NCBI GenBank assembly: GCA_964518475.1
Contig: CAZFGR010000025.1
Location: 1-23,343 of the forward strand
Reading direction: 5' to 3'
DNA length: 23,343 nt
Source: an uncultured Nitrososphaerota archaeon
Lineage (GTDB): Archaea > Asgardarchaeota > Njordarchaeia > Njordarchaeales > Njordarchaeaceae
A program made the translations under genes and the position numbers. Of this stretch, positions 15,737 through 23,343 are shown piece after piece. The notes beneath the pieces are model-generated. The model was given only the letters and a program-made list of their open reading frames with translations, was not told where the DNA came from and ran no database searches. Within the stretch, counting starts at the first letter, position 1. Each line of letters opens with the position of its first letter.

Positions 15737-18700
15737 TTAAGTCGAGGGGTTTCTGATTCTGGAGAAGATTTTCTTATATAACGTTCTTAGCTGTGGGTCA
15801 AGTTTCTTGTCGGATAAGACGTACCGAATTATTTTTTTCATTATTTGTTTATACTTCTGAGCTCTAGCACGCTCACCTTTCTCGGCTAGTAGCTCTAGCT
15901 TCTCTAGCGCCAGTACTAGTTTATCATAAGCTGATCGGTAATCGTGGAGAAAAGCGTTTAATCTTGCCTCTAAAATAGTCATGTCACAAATCATTCTTGT
16001 CAACGTTCTTTCATTAACTCTGTCTCTGACCGATTCAATTATCTCCCGACACTCATCTATACAGTTCCTTACAGTATCGACGTCGCCTTCTCCGAAGTAC
16101 TTCATGATAGCTTTCATCGTTAATAAGTCAAATTTAGCTAGCTGTATCTTTAAGAGCTTATCTTCATTTTCCGAGAATTTCTCCTCAATCTGCTTAATGA
16201 GAGATAATGCATTCTCCACCGAGGAATAGGCTTTTTCAAATTGAGCGCTTTTCCACAACAAGTCAGCCTTTAGAATCACTGCCTTAGAGAAAAGCCTTAC
16301 AAGGAACTCGAAATCTTCGACAGTATCCGATAGTATTAACTGTGAAATCCTCTCAACGATAATAGTGAAATCTTCTATAAGCTCTTGAGAAAACTCATTC
16401 ATTAACTTCTTCTTCATCTCCTCAGCGGTGCTAAGGAAGAAGCTTATTAACTGCGAATCACGCCACTCTATCTCATCAAGCAACTGTCGCATGACTAATC
16501 TATATTTCCTATAGTACTCTTTTGTAATTTCTTTATTCGCATCTGCGTTCATCAAACATGCCTCTTGGAGGGCTCTAGAGTAGTATATCTTGTACTTCCT
16601 TATCGGTAAGGTCTTGACGAGTTCATCACCGTATTTCACAGCGTCCCTTATTATCTTAGCTGCCTCTTCTCTTCTGCCAGATCGATAGAGGGTTCTCGCA
16701 ATGTTTGTCTGAGCCATTGTTAAGAGGCCCAAAATATAGCTGTCTCTCGACTTGCTTAGATACAGAGCTCTTAAACCATGATCCAGAGCGGTCCTAAATG
16801 CTTCATAAGCTTCTGAGAATTCGCGCTGCCTTAAATATATCTTTCCAAGACTATAATACAGTTGCGCATAGATAGTTACCAGTAATGGGTCTTTGCTCTC
16901 CTTGGCAATATCTTCTAAAGCATCTATTCCATCTCTGAAAGCTCTGATAGCATCCTCACTCTGTCCCTTCTCATTTAATCCCTTGCCAAGGACGATATAC
17001 CCTCGACCCATAAAGTATTTCTGAAAAACTCCACCGCTACCTCGCAAGTCTCTTAGAGCCTCATTTACGATCTCGATCGCTTTGTCCGCCTCACCACTTT
17101 CTAAGACTGTGTGGGCGATTCCTACTTTAGCACACGCTTTCCAGGAATCTTCTTTAGCGGAAGATATTCTGTAGTTCAGTGCTTCAGTAAACCACTTAGA
17201 CGCCTCATCTATCCTATCTAGTCTAATACCAATCTCACCCAACAGTACATAGCTCTTCAAAATTACTTCGCTACTCTCCTCGCTTTTCAATACTTCCACG
17301 ATCTCTAAGAAGTTCTTTATAGCATTATCATAATCACCCATCCTTAAGAATAGTTCACCAAGCAACGAGAGAGACTCTGCTTTGAGGATTCGTTTCTCAC
17401 TCTCTGGGAGCTTTTCACAGATTTTTAAAGATTCTTCAAGTCTTGATCTCGCTCGATCATAGTTACCATTAAGAATCTCTAAACGACCATATTCCTGAAG
17501 AACCCACGCTATGCCCTTTAAAACTCTGGCATCACCCTTAACTTCCTCACTCAGTTTTTGAAAAAGCTTATAGCTCTCTTCTAGAGCAGAGAGAGCGTTT
17601 TTTGTCTTATTCAAGCCTACAAAAGCATCTATTAGCAATTTATACGAGCGTATAAGTGCATTCAACTTATCTAATCCTTTATACCTAGAGTAGTCTAGAT
17701 ATAGGCGATAATACTCAATGCTTGTATTGAAATAGGTTACTGCCTCTCTATCCCTGCCTAAGTGAATAGAGCACTCACCAAGCATTCGATAGATTTCTCC
17801 AAGATCCTTAAGGATTCTGAGATAGTACCAGCCCGCCCTGTTTATTACTTCCCTATAAAGCACGCTGCTTCGATCAAGTAGCTCTGATGCCTTCTCAAAA
17901 TCATCACGAATAAAGAAGTGTTCACCTACTTCCTTAGCAATTAAGGCTTTTCTAACTAATACACCTGTTTCGAAGTCCCTTTCGTCGTTTAGTGAGAAGT
18001 TTAGGGCGGTAGTGGCGGTTGGTAATAATTCCTGTCCTTCTCGCGTTTTCTCTATCCTTATCCGCAAAAACAGTGCTGATAAGTAATGGAGGACATCCCT
18101 AAGAGTAATCATGCTTAGTGATGAATGAAGGTTGAGAAGTTCTTTTAATGCATTCTCAGCCTCTATCGTGTTTCCATCCTTAAGATATCTCCAAGCAGCA
18201 TTAATTAGGAAGGAAATCATGTTCCGGGAAATAGTCTCTGCAACATCTTTATCCTCTATAGTCCTTGACACGTCTAAGTAGAGCTTTTCTACATCATTAA
18301 GTATGGCAGAGTCGATATTGCTGCTGTAGCGTATTAGGAGGGAATATGCTTTAATGATTTCACTGATTATTAGTGGGTCTTTAAGACCAGCATAATCAAT
18401 TACTCTTTTCAGTAACTTTTCTCCGTCCCCAATATTACCCGCTCTCAGGAATTTCTCAGCGGATATGTTTAGTGCCTTAAGCAGGTATAGTGGTCTTACG
18501 TGAGGAGACGAAATTATTTGCGATAAGTCATATTTATCTAATCCTAGCCATATATCGAGTATTTCAGCATTCATGATCTCTAATCCAGCAACATTGTTCT
18601 CTAGCCTAAAGATATTCCTAGTACGTAAAGAGTCTATCAATTCTAGCAGATCAAGGATCGCACCATCTGAGAAGAAGTTTCTGAAGTACTGGGAAAGCAT

Positions 18701-19987
18701 TGATATGGCCTCATCCTCATTCAGAAATGCCTTAGCACTAATTAACTGCTCTAAGTAACGCACATCTCCTGTTTCCATATACAACCTTTCCAGATTTTTA
18801 ACCAAGTTATCCGCTACTACCTTTGCCTTATCCATAGATAAGATATCCACAAACTCTTGTCTAAGGGCAAAAATACTTCTTCCTAAATCTACGGGCTCTA
18901 CAATAGCTGATGAAATAATCTTTTCCAATAATTCCTCCTTACCACTTAAATCAACAAGTTTGGGAAAATCACTCAACTCAGTCTTATATAATAGATATAA
19001 TGAGGAAAATAGTTCCTGTAAATCCCCACTAATACGCTCCTTCAAAACATTCTTTACATCATCAATAGACTTAAAAGAAGCCTTGTCGCTTCCCAACATA
19101 TCAACTACATCAAGGACTAGAGAAGCATGAATAGGGAGAATCCTATCAGACTTTAAAAGAGATTGAAAAACTTCTAGTTCTTTAACCCCTCGCTTTGTAA
19201 GGTACTCGCGTAGCTCGTTTCTATCAAATCCATTAAGAGAAATTATCTTCAAGCTAGAAGAATTTATTAATTCGTTAAGCTTATTAGCCACTTCCTCATT
19301 CCTAGTAGCGATAACAATAAGAACGCTAGGTAATGCATGAATAAACCATGAAAGTGGTTCCAATTCATCAATATTGTCTAGGGAATCGAGGATTATGGCT
19401 AATGAGATCTCTCTCTCCTTAATCTCCTCTGCAATGTCCTGGGCCAAAGCTAGTGGGAGAAGATACACGAGCTTATGGATAGGAGCTTCCTCTAACGTAT
19501 CTGTGATCTCTAGTTGAAAAGTCTCGGCACTCTTCTTTAACGCATAATAACTCTTCGGAAAAGATGCTAGGAGATAAATCTCTGGAAACATCGGATCCTC
19601 ATCACTAATATCTTGGAGATCGTATTCGAGCACTTTTCTCCTTATCTCATACCACAACCCAGTAAAATTTGGTGCGTTAAATCCGTATTCATCCGATAAC
19701 CTGCTCTGAATCAAATGGAGAGCTCTTATCCAGGAAGACACGTCTTTTAGATTAACATAGAGGTGGAGAACCCCCAATGGCTTTATCCTTGTCTCAATTA
19801 CATAGTTGAGGAACCAGGTTTTCCCAGCACCTATTGGCCCCATTACAAGCACTACCTTTTTACGTCCAAGAGTAGTGTACTCATCGAATGCCTCATCAAA
19901 CGAGTTGAGGGCTTCTCGGTAACCAGTAAATAGTTCTGAAACCCTTCTAATGTATCCTTCAGTTATTTTCTCAGACACAACGCTCAA
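15737..19987 (-). CDS. Large STAND-class P-loop NTPase with C-terminal TPR array
   Basis: Pre-Walker FTGYRE, Walker A GPIGAGKT, Walker B AIILDSLD, sensor VIATR and LNGFD...YL. Multiple TPR-like units follow (LGELFLRMGDYDNAIKNF, LGKIYLRQREFSEAYEAF). A GGAGG SD lies upstream. Confidence 0.85.
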   Translation of the reverse strand: MSVVSEKITEGYIRRVSELFTGYREALNSFDEAFDEYTTLGRKKVVLVMGPIGAGKTWFLNYVIETRIKPLGVLHLYVNLKDVSSWIRALHLIQSRLSDEYGFNAPNFTGLWYEIRRKVLEYDLQDISDEDPMFPEIYLLASFPKSYYALKKSAETFQLEITDTLEEAPIHKLVYLLPLALAQDIAEEIKEREISLAIILDSLDNIDELEPLSWFIHALPSVLIVIATRNEEVANKLNELINSSSLKIISLNGFDRNELREYLTKRGVKELEVFQSLLKSDRILPIHASLVLDVVDMLGSDKASFKSIDDVKNVLKERISGDLQELFSSLYLLYKTELSDFPKLVDLSGKEELLEKIISSAIVEPVDLGRSIFALRQEFVDILSMDKAKVVADNLVKNLERLYMETGDVRYLEQLISAKAFLNEDEAISMLSQYFRNFFSDGAILDLLELIDSLRTRNIFRLENNVAGLEIMNAEILDIWLGLDKYDLSQIISSPHVRPLYLLKALNISAEKFLRAGNIGDGEKLLKRVIDYAGLKDPLIISEIIKAYSLLIRYSSNIDSAILNDVEKLYLDVSRTIEDKDVAETISRNMISFLINAAWRYLKDGNTIEAENALKELLNLHSSLSMITLRDVLHYLSALFLRIRIEKTREGQELLPTATTALNFSLNDERDFETGVLVRKALIAKEVGEHFFIRDDFEKASELLDRSSVLYREVINRAGWYYLRILKDLGEIYRMLGECSIHLGRDREAVTYFNTSIEYYRLYLDYSRYKGLDKLNALIRSYKLLIDAFVGLNKTKNALSALEESYKLFQKLSEEVKGDARVLKGIAWVLQEYGRLEILNGNYDRARSRLEESLKICEKLPESEKRILKAESLSLLGELFLRMGDYDNAIKNFLEIVEVLKSEESSEVILKSYVLLGEIGIRLDRIDEASKWFTEALNYRISSAKEDSWKACAKVGIAHTVLESGEADKAIEIVNEALRDLRGSGGVFQKYFMGRGYIVLGKGLNEKGQSEDAIRAFRDGIDALEDIAKESKDPLLVTIYAQLYYSLGKIYLRQREFSEAYEAFRTALDHGLRALYLSKSRDSYILGLLTMAQTNIARTLYRSGRREEAAKIIRDAVKYGDELVKTLPIRKYKIYYSRALQEACLMNADANKEITKEYYRKYRLVMRQLLDEIEWRDSQLISFFLSTAEEMKKKLMNEFSQELIEDFTIIVERISQLILSDTVEDFEFLVRLFSKAVILKADLLWKSAQFEKAYSSVENALSLIKQIEEKFSENEDKLLKIQLAKFDLLTMKAIMKYFGEGDVDTVRNCIDECREIIESVRDRVNERTLTRMICDMTILEARLNAFLHDYRSAYDKLVLALEKLELLAEKGERARAQKYKQIMKKIIRYVLSDKKLDPQLRTLYKKIFSRIRNPST

Positions 19988-20045
19988 TATGGATCTCCTC
20001 CATACCTCCTAAGCATATAGAGGTATCACAATTATTAGTGATTGC

Positions 20046-20057
20046 AAAATTATAAAA
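20046..20057. promoter_or_regulatory. Putative TATA region between divergent STAND-TPR and thg1
   Basis: AAAATTATAAAA can be read as TATA-like on both strands within a 144-bp gap. Confidence 0.4.
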
Positions 20058-20131
20058 CTTGAGCCTAGATAAACCTCTAACTCTATACTATATATTCTAG
20101 TGAAGAAAAAGATAAGCATAGGGAAACAATA

Positions 20132-20905
20132 ATGAATATCGAGGAATTAGAAAAATTATTCAAGAGCAGAGAAATATACTCTCGGGCCAGAATCGACACC
20201 AAATTTCTCCTAGTAAGGTGCGACGGTCGAAATTTCAGAAAACTAGCTAAACAGTTAAGGCTTGAAAGATTCGATAAACGCTTCCACGAAGCATTAGTAA
20301 TAGCCGCTGAGAAATTGATGAAAACTTCCGGATTCGATATAAGATTATCCCACATAGTAAGTGATGAAGTCAGCTTCCTTTTCCACGATATCCCCTTCAA
20401 TGGTAGAGTGGAGAAGATAGATAGTGTAACTTCTTCACTCCTAGCCTCTCTACTCACTATAGAATTAGCGAACCGCTTCAAATTTCAGGAAGGAGTCGCT
20501 TTCGACGCCAGAGTAATAAAGATACTAAACATTGAGGAGATCGCGAAATATATTTATTGGAGACAAAGCGATGCCTACCGAAACTTCCTCAACACATGGG
20601 CCTACGAAGCACTAAGAAGAAAAGGGTTCTCACCAAGAAGAATAGCTAAGATGTTAGAAGGTATGAAGAGTGACAAGTTAAGGGAGCTCATAGAGGATAC
20701 CTTCGGCCCACTCGAAAACTTCCCAGATTGGCAGAAATACGGAACAATAATATATGTAGATTGGGTAAGGAGAAAAGCTCTTAACAAACGAACAGGTGTC
20801 GAGACTTTTGTTGAGAGAAGAAAGTATCGTAAGAAAACTATGAAACACTATGATGAAATCCTAGATTGTATAAGAGTAGCGTTACGAACAAGACACACTA
20901 CATAA
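20132..20905 (+). CDS. thg1: tRNA(His) guanylyltransferase Thg1 / Thg1-like 3'-5' polymerase
   Basis: VRCDGRNF, SDEVSF, PFNGRVEKIDS, FDAR, YIYWRQ.DA.RN and P.WQKYG; the catalytic carboxylates are intact. Confidence 0.95.
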   Translation: MNIEELEKLFKSREIYSRARIDTKFLLVRCDGRNFRKLAKQLRLERFDKRFHEALVIAAEKLMKTSGFDIRLSHIVSDEVSFLFHDIPFNGRVEKIDSVTSSLLASLLTIELANRFKFQEGVAFDARVIKILNIEEIAKYIYWRQSDAYRNFLNTWAYEALRRKGFSPRRIAKMLEGMKSDKLRELIEDTFGPLENFPDWQKYGTIIYVDWVRRKALNKRTGVETFVERRKYRKKTMKHYDEILDCIRVALRTRHTT

Positions 20906-21191
20906 GGAAAATATTGCGGAAAAAATCAAATGATCCATAGAACTAGGAAAGTATGTACTAGGGAAAGCACCACACATAGCTATCGTGGAGCTGGGGACAG
21001 TAGCTACAATATCCCTCCAGAACTATACGCTATAAAGGGGTTCCTCTTCGCCCCCCAAATAAGGAAATAGTCAAACTTCTGAGAAACGCCGTAAGTAACC
21101 AAAATATCAAGTACTTAGCCATCATCAGCAAGGGCAATCCTCGTTTTTCCTGGGACAAGCTTTTAATAAAATTTAGAGAGAGTATAGATGA

Positions 21192-22124
21192 TTATTTGCT
21201 TAATGCTTCTAGGATCTTTTCTAAGGTAGTGTATTCTTTAGGTATTCTTGCTCGAACAGTTTTTGCTGGATCCACTAATTGGCTTATCTGGATATCAACT
21301 ACCATGCTAGCAAGCATATAGGCTTCGTCCCAATCCACGGCTAAACTGTGTTGAAGAACCTTAACTGCTAAATCAGTTGCTTCGTATAGTGCCCTGTTTA
21401 TATCCTCATAAGATACGATGAGGTAGAAGGCGTCATCAGTCTCGACTATTGGCCATGGAATACTCTTCCCTTTGATAACATTAGTAGTTACTAAGACCTT
21501 CCCAGATACTTCGCATCCAGCAACGCATACTTCCCCATCACCCATGACCGCGTGGAGATCTCCGATCCCCAGTAAACCACCCTCTTTAAAAACTGGTAAA
21601 TACACTGTAGCACCCTTCGTTATGAGTTTAGTATCCATGTTTCCACCATGTCTTCCAGGAACTCCGCAGGGAACCTTCTCATCATAAGCTACTCCAATAA
21701 CACCTATCATCGGCCTATAAGGCAATTTCATACCAACGAAGTAAGCTGTGCCTTTCCCAGTAAAGTATACGAATCCATCCCTGATCCTGCAAATCCTTGT
21801 TCTAGCTTCTTTAACCTTGTCACCCAGTACCCCGTATCCAGGAGCCGTTACTATAACTCCCCAATCCCTAGTCTCTATGTCCAAGATCTTAACAGCTAAA
21901 ACATCTCCTCTTTCGACACCCTCTATATAAACTGGACCAGTAGCCGGATTAACCTTGGAGAAATCAATATCCGTTACTAACTGAGACTCGGAAATTATTT
22001 GGTTAGAGAAACAGTCAAGAGTCTCGAAGTGTATAATATCTCCAGGCTTCGCACGAGAAACTGGTTCTATATCTGGACCGAAATGGTAAACAACCTTGCT
22101 TCCATCAATAAACACGTACCCCAT
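21192..22124 (-). CDS. Acetamidase/formamidase family protein
   Basis: ETLDCF, NPATGPVYIEG, PMIGVIGVA, PGRHGGNMD, GDLHAVMGDGEV and ISQLVDP. A GGAGGT SD lies upstream. Confidence 0.95.
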   Translation of the reverse strand: MGYVFIDGSKVVYHFGPDIEPVSRAKPGDIIHFETLDCFSNQIISESQLVTDIDFSKVNPATGPVYIEGVERGDVLAVKILDIETRDWGVIVTAPGYGVLGDKVKEARTRICRIRDGFVYFTGKGTAYFVGMKLPYRPMIGVIGVAYDEKVPCGVPGRHGGNMDTKLITKGATVYLPVFKEGGLLGIGDLHAVMGDGEVCVAGCEVSGKVLVTTNVIKGKSIPWPIVETDDAFYLIVSYEDINRALYEATDLAVKVLQHSLAVDWDEAYMLASMVVDIQISQLVDPAKTVRARIPKEYTTLEKILEALSK

Positions 22125-22253
22125 CCTTAATACCTCCTAAAAACTATCCCGAATAGAAGAAACGTTTCCAAATCTCATCAACACGCTCTAAATATTCAAA
22201 AGCATCTTTAAAAAGTTAATCATTACTAGTTTTATTTTTGAAAAAATTATTAC

Positions 22254-22961
22254 GTGGTGTCTAAAATTGGCGTGAATTTCGAAGAATTCGAGAAATTATC
22301 TGTAGCTGAGAATGCTGTCGCGATGATGTGGTTCAACCTATACTCAGGGTTCGTCTTTAAAACACCGAGATTCGAAATCGTAGTAGACCCCGCAGCTGTT
22401 GGCGAGGAAATAACCAAGCTCAACCCAGACATCATAATTGTTTCACACGAACATTTCGATCACTTCGACAAGAGCCTTGTAAAGAAACTACACAAGGGCA
22501 AAGCCATAATCATAGCACCAGGCCACATAATATCGGAACTCAAAGGAGAAATCCCTGAAGAACACTTGAGAAAAGTCAGTGCAGAAGACGTCGTCGAACA
22601 CGAAGGATTAAAGATAATCGCCTGCGAAGCAGATCATCCCTCTCCAGAACCACTAACATTCATTATCCAGAGCGAGAATGGAGTAACAATCTATCACGCA
22701 ATAGACTCCAGAACTTTCGACGGTATGAAGGAAATAGGAGAAAAATACTCAATAGACGTAGCCATAGCACCCATAGGCATAGCACCAGGAACCTCACCAA
22801 GAGAAGCGGCGAGGGCAATAAAAATGCTTAAACCTAAGATAGCGATACCACACCATGCGAAAGGAGGATTCGAAGAATTCAAGAAAATAATAGAGAAAGA
22901 AGGAATAGAAAGCCAAGTCAAAATAATAAAACAAGGAGAAATATACGTCTACGAAAAATAG
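22254..22961 (+). CDS. Metallo-beta-lactamase fold hydrolase (UlaG/UPF0173-like)
   Basis: IVVDP, SHEHFDH (HxHxDH), ADH, IYHAIDS and PKIAIPHH. Confidence 0.9.
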   Translation: MVSKIGVNFEEFEKLSVAENAVAMMWFNLYSGFVFKTPRFEIVVDPAAVGEEITKLNPDIIIVSHEHFDHFDKSLVKKLHKGKAIIIAPGHIISELKGEIPEEHLRKVSAEDVVEHEGLKIIACEADHPSPEPLTFIIQSENGVTIYHAIDSRTFDGMKEIGEKYSIDVAIAPIGIAPGTSPREAARAIKMLKPKIAIPHHAKGGFEEFKKIIEKEGIESQVKIIKQGEIYVYEK

Positions 22962-23106
22962 AAATTAACACAGTACTCAAAACCAGCTACTTAATTATCC
23001 AAACCATATTAAGAGAAGAGAGATAAACAAACCATAATCCCCTATCCTAACCCCAACAATTTACACCATTTTTCATATTCATTGTGAAGAAGAGATGCTA
23101 AAATTT

Positions 23107-23343
23107 TTATGGATCTATTCCAGCTTTTTGAGCTTCTTCTACAATTTTTATAGCTAGTTTCATAACGTCTTCATATTTCTTTTTGTTAAGAATTTCCCTG
23201 AGCAATTCTAGATTAATTCTTAAATAAGCATGAACTAGAACATTTCTGAATCCGATTATCTTGCTCAATAATTTTGCTTCATCAGGACTCAGGAATTCTT
23301 TCTCCGCAAGATCCTCCGCTATTTCCTTATAAATACTTGGAGG
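23107..23343 (-). CDS. Partial (C-terminal 78 aa) HEPN/DUF86 HepT-like ribonuclease toxin; not in the ORF track
   Basis: Manual translation gives PPSIYKEIAEDLAEKEFLSPDEAKLLSKIIGFRNVLVHAYLRINLELLREILNKKKYEDVMKLAIKIVEEAQKAGIDP*, with the Rx4HxY motif (RNVLVHAY). The frame runs off the window edge. Confidence 0.92.
   Translation of the reverse strand, partial: PPSIYKEIAEDLAEKEFLSPDEAKLLSKIIGFRNVLVHAYLRINLELLREILNKKKYEDVMKLAIKIVEEAQKAGIDP

Noticed and set aside
633-22921. Shadow ORFs in the track (633-1139, 1846-2070, 3379-3759, 4104-4307, 6297-6557, 8017-8223, 11993-12190, 15155-15469, 15981-16229, 18573-18758, 20083-20481, 20602-20787, 21472-21930 set, 22250-22435, 22694-22921)
   Set aside because: All are antisense to well-supported genes, mostly with the S/L/F/I-rich composition typical of reverse-frame artefacts, and show no motifs.

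Overview
A gene-dense, AT-rich window that reads as archaeal chromosome: TATA/BRE-like boxes, GGAGG/GGTGA Shine-Dalgarno sites, TTG/GTG starts and K/E/I-rich proteins suggest a thermophile. The lineage cannot be fixed from sequence alone; a TACK/Asgard-adjacent group is plausible. It holds about 22 intact genes, one pseudogene and a partial HEPN toxin gene at the right edge that the ORF track missed. The lipid/isoprenoid genes are an acyl-CoA dehydrogenase, two geranylgeranyl-reductase-family enzymes and a trans-prenyltransferase predicted to make chains longer than C20. Transport and regulation are represented by a QueT S-component, an ECF A/T pair, an RHH-Zn-finger regulator and an MFS transporter. 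Other genes encode an alkaline-phosphatase-superfamily enzyme, an isochorismatase-family hydrolase, a JAMM protease, two membrane proteins, a 1416-aa STAND-TPR protein, Thg1, an acetamidase and an MBL hydrolase. The best leads are: (1) a flavoprotein colinear along its whole length with eukaryotic Rab-GDI/REP; (2) a phased triple ATACGTA operator over the queT transcription start, with a candidate RHH-Zn regulator heading the ECF genes; (3) an effector-less giant STAND-TPR divergent from Thg1; (4) a reductase paired with a medium-chain prenyl synthase; (5) an MDH/LDH gene caught mid-decay. I saw no rRNA, tRNA, CRISPR array or transposase. All family calls come from motif recognition by eye; no searches were run.
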